The translations under genes and the position numbers were made by a program. From NCBI GenBank assembly GCA_036338595.1, contig JAYZBV010000100.1, positions 1-64,000 of the forward strand: 64,000 nt of DNA, written 5' to 3'. Of this stretch, positions 9,721-19,381 are shown piece after piece. The DNA is from Planctomycetota bacterium. GTDB lineage: Bacteria > Planctomycetota > UBA8108 > UBA1146. The notes under the pieces are model-generated. The model was given only the letters and a program-made list of their open reading frames with translations. It searched no databases and was not told where the DNA came from. Numbering within the stretch: the stretch's first letter is position 1; the number at the start of each line of letters is the position of its first letter.

Positions 9721-10109
9721 TGGATTCGAATTCACATGCTGAGGCCGAGTCAGATGCTTCAGAGGGGAGGGAACTCGAGCCGCGCGTTGCAGGATTGCAA
9801 GCGCAGGAGGGGACTCTCGAGGACCAGGTGGTGAAAGCGATCGAATCCTGCTTCGATCCAGAGATCCCTGTCAACATCTACGAACTGGGCCTGATTTATC
9901 GCATCGATATCGATGACCAGAAGGTCGATGTAGATATGACACTCACATCTCCAGCATGTCCAGTCGCCGGGACATTACCTGGTGAAGTGGAGCAGAAGAT
10001 CAAGGACATCGAGGCGGTCGAGTCCTGTACCGTCGGAGTGGTCTGGGATCCGCCATGGACCAAGGACCGGATGACGGAGGGGGCGAGACTTCAACTGGGA
10101 ATGTTCTAG
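9717..10109 (+). CDS. sufT: DUF59 / SufT-like Fe-S assembly protein
   Basis: FDPEIPVNIYELGLIY, MTLTSPACP and VWDPPW; ATGA overlap with the sufU stop. Confidence 0.9.
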   Translation: MMDSNSHAEAESDASEGRELEPRVAGLQAQEGTLEDQVVKAIESCFDPEIPVNIYELGLIYRIDIDDQKVDVDMTLTSPACPVAGTLPGEVEQKIKDIEAVESCTVGVVWDPPWTKDRMTEGARLQLGMF

Positions 10110-11011
10110 TTGGCGGTGGCCTGTTCGATCAGCAACATCGCCTTCTTTCCGGGGGCAAGCCCTCCCAAATCCTGTGCGATCCTCTTGAGCATGAGTAGCC
10201 TGCGCACCGGATCGGAGGACCTCATTTTTTTGGCCTCTCTGAGCATCTGATTGCCGTATGCAAGGTAAGGCTGGCACGCTTCTAGCCATCGCTGTCGAAT
10301 TCGAGGCCCGAATCGATGCAGTTGACGCTCGATTTCGCTCAATTCTGCAGCACCCTTCTTCATTTCACGCTGGGTATAGTTGCTGACCGCACGCGCGAGA
10401 CGAATCTCGATGAACTCGAGGTTGAGCCGAGTCGACCGTGGCCCCTTTCGATGTTCGGCAAGGGCATCGATCAGTCCCTCGGTGCCCTGGAACGGGACCT
10501 TCTCGGAGAGCACTGACACCTTGCCATCTGGATCGAGCAGGAATGCTGCTGGCAGCAAATCCGGCAACTCGATGCCATCCAGCAACTTTTCGCTGCCGAT
10601 GTGTTGCTGGCACCGACAACCTCGAAGAAATGGACATCTGATCCGGGGAGTCGATTTCTCGCTGTCACGAACCTGTTCCTCGCCATGCCTTGTGCCATCT
10701 TTCGCCGCCAGCCAGATGATGGCAGGTACCGATTCTTTTTCGAGAGTGGAAATGAAATCAGGATCGATCAACCGTTGTTTTCCCCACGCCTCGGAAGCTG
10801 GATCTCCGTCACGCAGTACCCACATCAAGATGGGCACTCGTCGATCTTGTGCCTCCTGGCGCGCCTCGACGATGCGATCGCCGACCCACCGGATCGGAGG
10901 GATGCCTCTTTGTCGCTCCAGCAGTGAAACCAGCGGGGCAGGTTTGACGGCGGGAGTCGGGTCATCTCCATGACCAAAGAGGAGCAAGCAGCCGATCAAC
11001 AGGGGATTCAT
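10106..11011 (-). CDS. Uncharacterised exported protein, probable thioredoxin-like fold lacking CxxC, with a Cys/His-rich insert and helical C-terminus
   Basis: GGAGG RBS and a short hydrophobic N-terminus; IRW...EARQEAQDRRVPILMW and LPAAFLLDPDGK resemble Trx-like domains; contains CPFLRGCRCQQH. Confidence 0.6.
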   Translation of the reverse strand: MNPLLIGCLLLFGHGDDPTPAVKPAPLVSLLERQRGIPPIRWVGDRIVEARQEAQDRRVPILMWVLRDGDPASEAWGKQRLIDPDFISTLEKESVPAIIWLAAKDGTRHGEEQVRDSEKSTPRIRCPFLRGCRCQQHIGSEKLLDGIELPDLLPAAFLLDPDGKVSVLSEKVPFQGTEGLIDALAEHRKGPRSTRLNLEFIEIRLARAVSNYTQREMKKGAAELSEIERQLHRFGPRIRQRWLEACQPYLAYGNQMLREAKKMRSSDPVRRLLMLKRIAQDLGGLAPGKKAMLLIEQATAN

Positions 11012-11035
11012 GTCGCCTCCGCGAAAGATGCAATG

Positions 11036-11090
11036 GGGTCCGAGGGAGTCTCAGGGTCCGAGGGAGTCTCAGAGTCCGAGTGGAGTCTCA
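11036..11090. repeat. Intergenic tandem repeat, 3 x ~18 bp
   Basis: GGGTCCGAGGGAGTCTCA (11036-11053), an identical copy (11054-11071) and a variant GAGTCCGAGTGGAGTCTCA (11072-11090). Confidence 0.9.
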
Positions 11091-11130
11091 TCAGGTGCCA
11101 TCTTACCATCTCGACTCTGGAGCGCGGCAC

Positions 11131-12420
11131 TCAGATGGCGTCTTCTTCAGGCTCGACCAGATCGCGGTTTCTCAGCGCTCTTCCGAGCGCTCTGGGCCAG
11201 CGCCGACCATTGAGCAACTGCCCGATCCAGCTGCTGCGCACGAACCACTCATAGGTGAGAAATCCGATGAGTGTGGTTCCCGACAGAGTGATCAAGAACT
11301 TGGGGAAGGCCCCGAACTTCTCATTGACCAGGAGACCAGGGATCCACACGGTAAATGGGAGATGGATGATGTAGACCCAGTAAGAACCATCGACGATGTA
11401 ACGAATTGCTGGGATCTCACGGTTCAGGATGAGCTGGCACAGGCCAAGAAAACCCCAGATGCCGTTCCACATCATCAGCGCAGACAGTCCTGATCCGATC
11501 CACAGCGCAGTCTCTCGCGCGGGTGTTTCGACGCCCAGTGCGGTACAGGTCGAGCGGGTCAATTCCCCCGGCGGGAGGCCGATCCACTGCAGGAAGAACT
11601 CCAGCCACAAGGGGAACAAGAAGATCGTCACCAGGATCGAGCCGATGCTCCTCGGCCAACTTCTCAAACGGTCCAGATGGGCCCGCTGGCCCCAGAAGGA
11701 CCAGCCACACAGGTAGATGAAGCCATAGGCGAAAAAGGAAGTCGGCTCGGGGATGAGGGTTGCGCCCGTCATCAGCAGGCCCGCCGAGTTCTTGAGCAAG
11801 AAAACCAGTGGCAAGCAGAGAACAATGGTTCCTCCGGGAGCCATCGTCAAGAAGCCCAGGAAGCGAGTGACGGTCCCACGTGGAGCCACTCCATCCGAAT
11901 TTTTTCCGCCCCTGACCAGAAAGAACGCAACGATGCAGAACAGCAGCAGGTAGTAAAGAAACCACAGGTGAATCGTGATGGGGGGGAACATGTTCGTGGT
12001 CTCGAGACTCGAAACCGCATCGACACCTGCTTCGCTACTTCCAAGACTACGGGCACCGTTTGCAAACACGAACGCAGAAATGGTGAGCGGTACCATGAAG
12101 GGGAGGAACAGCAGCATCGGCAGCCCAAGCCGGGAGAGCCGATTGGAGATAAAACTGCCAGCACTTCTTCTCTCGACCAGAAGAGCGGAGAAGAAGCCAG
12201 CGATGAACATGAAGATGGGCATGCGCCATAGATGGATGTAAAGGATCAGCAGCCCGAAGATGGGACTCCCCTGGGGATCGCGGAAGTTCCAGATCGGATC
12301 CGGTGGAGAGTCCTGGTAATTGCATGCCGCATGCAACACCAGCCCCAGCAGCATCATCGCGGCACGCAGTCCATCAAAGGCATGAAGGCGCGGTGAGCGA
12401 ATCTGGATGGAATCGTTCAA
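11131..12420 (-). CDS. Acyltransferase family 3 membrane protein (OpgC/MdoC-like)
   Basis: RLHAFDGLRAAMMLLGLVLH, IHLWRMPIFMFIAGFFS, HLWFLYYL and SYWVYIIHLP; about 10 TM helices; TTG start inferred at 12420. Confidence 0.88.
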   Translation of the reverse strand: MNDSIQIRSPRLHAFDGLRAAMMLLGLVLHAACNYQDSPPDPIWNFRDPQGSPIFGLLILYIHLWRMPIFMFIAGFFSALLVERRSAGSFISNRLSRLGLPMLLFLPFMVPLTISAFVFANGARSLGSSEAGVDAVSSLETTNMFPPITIHLWFLYYLLLFCIVAFFLVRGGKNSDGVAPRGTVTRFLGFLTMAPGGTIVLCLPLVFLLKNSAGLLMTGATLIPEPTSFFAYGFIYLCGWSFWGQRAHLDRLRSWPRSIGSILVTIFLFPLWLEFFLQWIGLPPGELTRSTCTALGVETPARETALWIGSGLSALMMWNGIWGFLGLCQLILNREIPAIRYIVDGSYWVYIIHLPFTVWIPGLLVNEKFGAFPKFLITLSGTTLIGFLTYEWFVRSSWIGQLLNGRRWPRALGRALRNRDLVEPEEDAI

Positions 12421-12440
12421 GGAAAAGCACCAGGTTTCGT

Positions 12441-14942
12441 TCAGGGTTGCAAGATCGCCCGCAGTAAGAGGCCAAAATTGCCGTGACTCCACGAACGGTA
12501 GTGGGGTCTGAATCCGAACAGGTGCACCCTGCCCTGGCCGACCGTGGTGGTTGCCCAGGCGGTGGCGCCTGCGATCACCTCCGAGTTCTCGGCCCAGCCT
12601 GACAGCAGGATACTCTGGGAAGGAAACCGCAAGAGGCTCTGGATGCGGCCATCGTTCGAATCTCCCTCTGCTTCCGATTCATCGACTCGCCACGCGAGAG
12701 AGCGAGAGAAGAAGATCGGTGTCGAATCTGCAAGTCCCGCGGTCCAGCGCGAGGTCTCGAGCGGAATCGTCCTCAGGATCGATCCCGGGCACTGAAAGCG
12801 AGGTTCCCCTTCCTCCGGCTTGGCTTGCTCGAGGGGCAGGTCAAACAGGTCGATGGCAAATCCGGAAGAGCGACCGGTGCAAATCAGTCGACCGCCGCCG
12901 CGGACAAACTCTTCGATGGCGATCACTCCCTCGGGGGCCAGTCCTCCGGCTAGCTCGGGAAAGACGGTACCTCGCCTGCGACCGTTCTTTATCGTCCCGG
13001 ACCCGACATCGGGAAGCACCAGCACATCGATGATTTCAGAGAGTTCACCGGCGCGGATCTGCTCATTTCGAATGCGCTGAAACGGCACCTCATAATGGTC
13101 GAGAACCCAGCGTAGCCAGCCTTCATCCATGCTGGCACTCCATGGCGCATAGACTCCAATGCGACTTCCCGGCAACTCGATCCCCTTGAGTTCCACTTCT
13201 GCGGCAGGTTCCTGTGCAGGTACCTCGACAGCCCAGTTCCCATCGGAGGTGCAGAAGATCCGGGTGCCTTCTGATCGCGCCGACAGCAGTTCGGGGATGC
13301 GAGAGGTGTCCAGCGAGGAGATCTCTCGGACATGAAAAGTTGGCTCATCGTCGACTTTCATCAGGGCCATGCGGTCGGGGGGGGCAGGTGAATGGCGAGA
13401 GATGACTGCCTCGCTGTCGGTGATTGGATCGGTGGCGACCGTCATCTTCTCGAGCACCTCGACGCGTCGTAGGCCGAACAGCAGCGGAAGCGTCCAGCCG
13501 GCAACATCGTAAGGTGCGGGACCATCGGGGTAGCGCTGCACCTCGAACAGATCCTTGAGCAAGGCGCCGTAGGGTTGTTCTCGCTGCAGAACCAGCGTTC
13601 CTGCCGGATAGGGGCGGCCGTCCGCTTCGAACGAGGCGGTCGCCTCGCCCACCTCGAGTCCCTGAGCGAGCAGGATCTCGATGAACCTGTGGAGCGCATC
13701 GGGGTCGTTCTGGCCGCGCGTGATCAGCCAGCCACGGGGCGCTTCCTCGCGACCCTCTCGCACAACATCTCGGGCAACATTCAGCGAGTTGCTGAGCCAT
13801 GTTCGAGGTTCCCGCGCGATGCTCCCCAGCAGCGACCGTGCCAGTGCAATTTCGTACCGATGGATATCTCCGACTCGCCACCATCCTCCTGGCCACGGCG
13901 CAGGGAAACGGTTCGAAGGTGCGTATCCGGTCTCGATGCCGCTGGGGGAAGAGAGGCTAGATGGCGAGATCCAGATCGGACTGGCCAGGTTTGCAGATGC
14001 GGCCTCGGAGAGGAGGCCGATGATGTTGTGACGCACAGGTACATTTCTGTTACCACCGTTCCACCACATATCGTAGGTCACCCCCGAGGAGATCCCCGTG
14101 TAACCCCAGGAAGTCAGATCGAGCATCGCCCTCGACCCGAGCGCGCCGATCCCCGAGATGGTCACCGGATGAAGGTTCGGATTGAGTGGATCGCGAAAAG
14201 GAGGCACGAAGAGCCGTTCTCTTCTCGATCCTTGCTGGTGGACATCCCAGTAGATGGTCGGGAACCATGTCGTGTAGAGGAGACGGGTGACGATGCGAGT
14301 TTCTTCCAGTGACAGGGCGAACCAATCTCGATTGTTGTCGTGGCCGGCGTACCACTGATAGAGTTCCGGCAAGGAAGTACCGTCGTAGGGGGTGTCTACA
14401 ATCCTCCTGTACCAGGATACGACCCTGTCGAGTCCATCCGGGTTCATCGTAGGAATGATCACCGTGACAACGTTATTTCTGGCACTGACCCATGGCTCTT
14501 CTGAGGATGTCGCCAGATTCCAGGCGAGGGTCATCGACATCTCTGCTGCGGCGATCTCGGTCGAGTGCATGTTGCAGGAAACGAACAGGATCGGCACTGC
14601 CTGGTCGAGCAGAGCTTCCGCGGCCTGTCCGGAGAGATTTCTGGGATCTGCAATGCGCTGACTCATCGCCTGGATTGCGGGAAGACGTTGCAGGTTTTCT
14701 TTCGATGAAATGACACAGATTCGAAAGGGCCGCCCCTCTGTGGAGGTGCCTACCGTCTGCGTGGTGGCAGAGGAGTGCAGTTCGCCCAGTTGATCGAACC
14801 AGCCACCGATGGTATTCCAGTCCGCCAGTTCAAAGTCGGTTCCTGGGGCTCTATCTAGCCAATCTCGGGGCGATACAGGCTGAGCCGAAGCGAGTGGGGA
14901 CAGCCACCAGAGCAGCACCGTCACGGTCAGGAATGATCTCAA
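12441..14942 (-). CDS. Secreted M14 family zinc metallocarboxypeptidase with C-terminal GATase-like domain
   Basis: Signal peptide (ASA-Q); HSTE (HxxE), NPDG, DNNRD and DVHQ; SMDEGWLRW and GRVHLFGFRP in the C-terminal domain. TTG 14942 follows GGAGGAG. Confidence 0.9.
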   Translation of the reverse strand: MRSFLTVTVLLWWLSPLASAQPVSPRDWLDRAPGTDFELADWNTIGGWFDQLGELHSSATTQTVGTSTEGRPFRICVISSKENLQRLPAIQAMSQRIADPRNLSGQAAEALLDQAVPILFVSCNMHSTEIAAAEMSMTLAWNLATSSEEPWVSARNNVVTVIIPTMNPDGLDRVVSWYRRIVDTPYDGTSLPELYQWYAGHDNNRDWFALSLEETRIVTRLLYTTWFPTIYWDVHQQGSRRERLFVPPFRDPLNPNLHPVTISGIGALGSRAMLDLTSWGYTGISSGVTYDMWWNGGNRNVPVRHNIIGLLSEAASANLASPIWISPSSLSSPSGIETGYAPSNRFPAPWPGGWWRVGDIHRYEIALARSLLGSIAREPRTWLSNSLNVARDVVREGREEAPRGWLITRGQNDPDALHRFIEILLAQGLEVGEATASFEADGRPYPAGTLVLQREQPYGALLKDLFEVQRYPDGPAPYDVAGWTLPLLFGLRRVEVLEKMTVATDPITDSEAVISRHSPAPPDRMALMKVDDEPTFHVREISSLDTSRIPELLSARSEGTRIFCTSDGNWAVEVPAQEPAAEVELKGIELPGSRIGVYAPWSASMDEGWLRWVLDHYEVPFQRIRNEQIRAGELSEIIDVLVLPDVGSGTIKNGRRRGTVFPELAGGLAPEGVIAIEEFVRGGGRLICTGRSSGFAIDLFDLPLEQAKPEEGEPRFQCPGSILRTIPLETSRWTAGLADSTPIFFSRSLAWRVDESEAEGDSNDGRIQSLLRFPSQSILLSGWAENSEVIAGATAWATTTVGQGRVHLFGFRPHYRSWSHGNFGLLLRAILQP

Positions 14943-15060
14943 TTGCGTCTCCTCCCGGGCCCGAGTGGGCCTCTTGGATGGCAGCATGGGGATCCAGCGG
15001 GGAGGGTGCAACCCGTTGGGTCTCGATGCCGTGAGTCGGGTTGCGGTGTATGATCCGGGA

Positions 15061-16374
15061 ATGAACGATTCAGACACTTCCAACCCTGGCCACTGGAGTC
15101 CTCCACGGAGGGATGGGCAACCGATCGAGGTGATCGGGCATGCCGATCTGGTCGGCTCAAAATCGGTGTCTCAACGGGTGATCCTGTTAGCAGCGATGGC
15201 GAAGGGCCACAGCGAGATCATCGGTGCTCCTCTCAACGAGGACCTGCAGGTCTTCATCGATGCCCTGGTGGCACTTGGACTCGATATTTCCGGTGAGTTG
15301 CCAGGACCACTTCATGTACAAGGATGTGGCGGCCAGCTTCCCGCGGGAGATCGGCGAGTCGATCTGGGAGCCAACGGCACGGGACTTCGTTTCATCACCG
15401 CGTTGGCTGCACTTCGGCAAGGAGAGACCGCCATCCATGGCGCTTCCCACAGGCCCATCTTGCCACTGGTGAAAGCTCTGAGAGACCTGGGGTGCAGGGC
15501 CAGTTGCACCGACGAAGGGCCTCCGGTGACGATCGACGGAGGCTCTCTCATCGGGGGCCGAGTGGTTCTTCAGGCAGCGGTCTCGAGTCAGTTCACCAGT
15601 GCGCTGATGCAGATAGCACCGCACTTACCTGGTGGATTGCAACTGAGGTTGACGGGCCCCATCTCATCACGACCCTATATCGAATTGACCGCAGCGTTGC
15701 TGAAGGCATTCGGAGTCGCAGTGGAGTTGACTCAGCGGGAGATCCGCATCCAGCAGGTGGAGTCTCTTCGGTCGGGTCGTATCGAGGTCGAAGCGGATGC
15801 ATCCGCAGCGGCATTTCCGCTCTGTGCCGCAGCCATCCAGGATGGAGATGTCACCGTCAATGGAGTGGGCACCAGGTCGCTTCAGGGTGATCGCAGTATC
15901 GGGGAGATCTTGAAGGAGATGGGTTGTCGGGTCGATCTGTCTGAACGATCGATCCGGGTCCATGGCCCACCCGTTCGGGCGATCTCCCGCAGCATGGAAG
16001 GAACACCCGACCTGGTTCCTGCGGTTGCCGTGGTGGCCGCCTTTGCTCGTGGAGAATCGGTAATTTCCGGAGTCTCTCACCTCAGGGTCAAGGAAACCGA
16101 CCGCCTGGAGGTGCTCTGCCGAGGCATGACCTCGCTGGGTATCCGTGCAGAAGTTCGGGGAGACCTGCTGCGAGTGGTCGGTAGCGACGGCCATGACCTC
16201 AGAGGGGCCGATCTCGATCCTGCAGGAGACCACCGCATGGCGATGGCCTTTGCGCTGCTGGCTCTTCGCATACCGGGAACGAGGGTCATCGATCCCGGTT
16301 GTGTGGCCAAATCGGATCCCGGATTCTTCACGCGAATCGAGGCGTTGATCGAGCAGCAGGAGACCACCAGATGA
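15061..16374 (+). CDS. aroA: 3-phosphoshikimate 1-carboxyvinyltransferase (EPSP synthase)
   Basis: GSKSVSQR, SSQFTSAL, LRVKETDR, DHRMAM and CVAKS. Confidence 0.95.
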   Translation: MNDSDTSNPGHWSPPRRDGQPIEVIGHADLVGSKSVSQRVILLAAMAKGHSEIIGAPLNEDLQVFIDALVALGLDISGELPGPLHVQGCGGQLPAGDRRVDLGANGTGLRFITALAALRQGETAIHGASHRPILPLVKALRDLGCRASCTDEGPPVTIDGGSLIGGRVVLQAAVSSQFTSALMQIAPHLPGGLQLRLTGPISSRPYIELTAALLKAFGVAVELTQREIRIQQVESLRSGRIEVEADASAAAFPLCAAAIQDGDVTVNGVGTRSLQGDRSIGEILKEMGCRVDLSERSIRVHGPPVRAISRSMEGTPDLVPAVAVVAAFARGESVISGVSHLRVKETDRLEVLCRGMTSLGIRAEVRGDLLRVVGSDGHDLRGADLDPAGDHRMAMAFALLALRIPGTRVIDPGCVAKSDPGFFTRIEALIEQQETTR

Positions 16375-18206
16375 CCCACCAGGATGCAGAAGTGATCGTG
16401 GTGGGGGGAGGCCATGCCGGATGTGAAGCGGCTCTGGCGGCCGCTCGGCTGGGCCGAGAGACGCTGCTGGTGACGCTGAGCGAAAGCACCATCGGCACCC
16501 TGTCTTGTAACCCAGCGATCGGAGGAATCGGTAAGGGCCAGTTGACACGAGAGATCGACGCACTCGGCGGAGCCCAGGGATGCATCACCGACCTGACGGG
16601 CCTCCACTACCGGATGCTCAATACTTCCAAGGGTGAAGCGGTTCAATCTCTGCGGGCTCAGGTCGACAAGGACCAGTACTCGATACAGATGCGAGGTTTG
16701 ATGGCAACGCAGCCTCATCTGCGAGTGCTTGAGGGGTCGGTGGAGGACATCCACATCGATGCGGGGTCGGTGGCGGGCGTGAAACTGGCAGACGGATCGA
16801 TCGTCAGCGCCCGGAAGGTGATCCTCACCAATGGTACATTTCTGCGTGCTGTCATGCATGTCGGAGAATCGATATCCGAGGGGGGAAGGGTGGGCGAAGG
16901 TGCTGTGCGACAGTTGACTGGCGCACTCGGTGCACTGGGCCTGAAGACCGGTCGCCTCAAGACGGGAACACCCCCTCGACTCGACCGGAAGTCGATCGAC
17001 TGGGAGCAGCTGGTCGTCCAGAAGCCCGACCCGGATCCCCAGGGATTCAGCCACTGGAATGTACTGCGTCGTCGCGAGTGGATGGATTGCCATGTCACTC
17101 GTACGGATGAGTCGGTTCACGATGTGATCCGGAAGCACCTGCATCGAAGTCCGATTTACTCGGGCCAGATCGAGGGTGTAGGCCCACGCTACTGTCCGTC
17201 GATAGAAGACAAGGTGGTTCGCTTTCCCGATCGCGATGGACACACAGTCCACCTGGAACGGGAGGGTCTCAGCACTGAATCGGTGTATGTCAACGGCATC
17301 TCGACCAGCCTTCCCGCCGAGGCTCAGGAGCAACTGGTGGCGAGGATCAAGGGACTCGAAAGGGCGAGATTCCTGCGCCACGGATATGCCGTCGAATACG
17401 ACTTTTTTCCGCCACATCAGATCGCCAGAACATTCGAGTGTCATGCGCTATCAGGGCTCTATCTCGCCGGTCAGATCTGTGGCACCAGTGGCTACGAAGA
17501 GGCCGCCGCTCAGGGGTTTCTCGCCGGGGTCAATGCTGCACTCGAACTTGCAGGGGATGCTCCCTTCATTCTCGGGCGCGACGAGGCTTACATGGGAGTA
17601 CTCGCCGATGATCTGGTCCGCTGTGATCCCAGAGAACCCTACAGGATGTTCACATCGCGGGCTGAGTTCAGACTGATGCTCAGGCATGACAACGCAGATT
17701 TCCGGCTCTGCGACAAGGGCGAACAACTGGGACTCATCAACTCGCAGCGTGCCGATCGTGTTCGCGCCCAGAAGCAAGAGATGAACGAGGTGCTTCAACG
17801 ATTGCAGAAAGAACGCCATGGCACCCGGACACTGCACGAGATGTTGAGGATCCCAGGGGCCACCTGGAGTGGACTGGTCGACGAAGTGGCTTCTGTTGGT
17901 GAGTGGAACCTCGATGAGAGTATGCAGGAACGAGTCCGCGTCGAAGCTCGCTACGAGGCCTACATCGCGCGACAGAAGGACGAGGTCGAGCGGATGCGTA
18001 GGCAGGAGAGTTGGGCACTTCCGGCAGATTTCTGCTACGAGCAGATAGCAGGGTTGCGTTCAGAGGCGAGAGAAAGCCTGATTCGTCTGAAGCCGGACAG
18101 TGTCGCCGCGGCACAACGAATCGCCGGCGTCAGTCCAGCCGATATTTCGTGCTTGATGGTGGCGCTCAGATCAAGGACCACTCCGGAACTGCTGGAGGAG
18201 AGTTGA
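16371..18206 (+). CDS. mnmG: tRNA uridine-5-carboxymethylaminomethyl synthesis enzyme MnmG (GidA)
   Basis: VVGGGHAGCEAA, SCNPAIGG, LKTGTPPR, GPRYCPSIEDK and TSGYEEAAAQG. Confidence 0.98.
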   Translation: MTHQDAEVIVVGGGHAGCEAALAAARLGRETLLVTLSESTIGTLSCNPAIGGIGKGQLTREIDALGGAQGCITDLTGLHYRMLNTSKGEAVQSLRAQVDKDQYSIQMRGLMATQPHLRVLEGSVEDIHIDAGSVAGVKLADGSIVSARKVILTNGTFLRAVMHVGESISEGGRVGEGAVRQLTGALGALGLKTGRLKTGTPPRLDRKSIDWEQLVVQKPDPDPQGFSHWNVLRRREWMDCHVTRTDESVHDVIRKHLHRSPIYSGQIEGVGPRYCPSIEDKVVRFPDRDGHTVHLEREGLSTESVYVNGISTSLPAEAQEQLVARIKGLERARFLRHGYAVEYDFFPPHQIARTFECHALSGLYLAGQICGTSGYEEAAAQGFLAGVNAALELAGDAPFILGRDEAYMGVLADDLVRCDPREPYRMFTSRAEFRLMLRHDNADFRLCDKGEQLGLINSQRADRVRAQKQEMNEVLQRLQKERHGTRTLHEMLRIPGATWSGLVDEVASVGEWNLDESMQERVRVEARYEAYIARQKDEVERMRRQESWALPADFCYEQIAGLRSEARESLIRLKPDSVAAAQRIAGVSPADISCLMVALRSRTTPELLEES

Positions 18207-18709
18207 TCGGAGAAAACACATCCGCAACCGGCATCCGCTGGATGTTGAATCTATGGCCTCCGTTTTTATTTCAGGGGATCCGCGTGCTCGAGTTCGATCC
18301 AGGGTTCAGGTTTGCCGTGATCCGCGTCAGGAAATCGATCTTGACGCGGAATCTCATGGGGACCACATTTGGCGGCGCGCTTTCCGCTGCTGCGGACCCC
18401 TTCTTCCCACTGCTCTACTGGCGCAAGCTCTCGACAGAGGGAGTCTCCACCAATTGCTGGATCCGAAAGCAGAGATGCGAGTTCATCCGACCCGCCGACG
18501 CCACGGTCGAGTTGCGCTTTGCCATCGAGGATCAGCAGATGGCCATCGCCCGGGCCGGAATCGAGACGGATGGACGCGCCGACCTCGAGGATGTCGTGGA
18601 TGCTCTGTTGCCCGCTGGTGAGGTCGCAGCCCGCTTTCATATCACCACCGCACTGAGGGCACACGGCACCGGATCCACTCCCCTTCTCGATCAGGATTCG
18701 ATAGACTGA
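18203..18709 (+). CDS. DUF4442 / PaaI-like hotdog-fold thioesterase
   Basis: LNLWPPFLFQGIRV and RNLMGTTFGGALSAAADPFF; TTG start overlaps the mnmG TGA. Confidence 0.8.
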   Translation: MIGENTSATGIRWMLNLWPPFLFQGIRVLEFDPGFRFAVIRVRKSILTRNLMGTTFGGALSAAADPFFPLLYWRKLSTEGVSTNCWIRKQRCEFIRPADATVELRFAIEDQQMAIARAGIETDGRADLEDVVDALLPAGEVAARFHITTALRAHGTGSTPLLDQDSID

Positions 18710-18769
18710 GCAGGCTCCTGTTCTTTGCCGGATGGCCGGTGGAGTGTGAGCCAGAAATGGCGTGACGAG

Positions 18770-19381
18770 ATGAACCAGTCCGAATCCGGGTCCGATCGAT
18801 CCGCTCAATCATCCACTGCCCTGGAACAGCCTGGATGTGGATCCAGGAAGGATCCTCGTTTCGAGCAGGTCGAGGAGATCGAGGCCTATTGCGGGGCGAG
18901 GTACCGGATGAATCTGTTGCGCGAGAAATTACCAGATCAGCGTGTCGTCGACCGAGATGTGCTCAGGCATCCGGGTGCTGCGGCGATCTTGCCGCTGCTG
19001 GATGACGGTTCAGTGGTGCTGATCGAGCAACATCGAAGCGCTGTCGGGCACAACTTGCTGGAGATTCCAGCAGGCCTGATCGAGCCCGGGGAACGGCCGC
19101 ATGACTGTGCAGATCGAGAACTGCGTGAGGAGACCGGTTATCAGGCGAGTTCCCTGGTGCACATGCTCGACTACTTTCCGGCCGTAGGATTCAGTGACGA
19201 GCGGATGTCGATCTTCCTCGCTCGGGAACTGGAGTTCGTCGGTCAGGAACCAGATGAAGACGAATGGGTCGAAACGCACATCTGTAGCCGTGACCGCATC
19301 GAACAACTACTCGGGTCGCAGGAACTCCTCGACGGCAAGACGCTCGTGGCACTACTCCACTGGCTAGGTAGCGATCGATGA
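18770..19381 (+). CDS. NUDIX hydrolase (ADP-ribose pyrophosphatase-like)
   Basis: HPGAAAIL and the Nudix box EIPAGLIEPGERPHDCADRELREETGY; DGKT near the C-terminus. Confidence 0.92.
   Translation: MNQSESGSDRSAQSSTALEQPGCGSRKDPRFEQVEEIEAYCGARYRMNLLREKLPDQRVVDRDVLRHPGAAAILPLLDDGSVVLIEQHRSAVGHNLLEIPAGLIEPGERPHDCADRELREETGYQASSLVHMLDYFPAVGFSDERMSIFLARELEFVGQEPDEDEWVETHICSRDRIEQLLGSQELLDGKTLVALLHWLGSDR

Noticed and set aside
10601..10636. Heme c attachment site
   Set aside because: The sequence is CRCQQH, not CxxCH.
11036..11090. Possible mini-CRISPR array
   Set aside because: Repeats are contiguous with no spacers, only 18 bp long, and there are no cas genes in the window.
16077..17444. 455-aa antisense ORF
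   Set aside because: Shadow of aroA/mnmG; no family motifs; long antisense ORFs are expected in GC-rich coding DNA.
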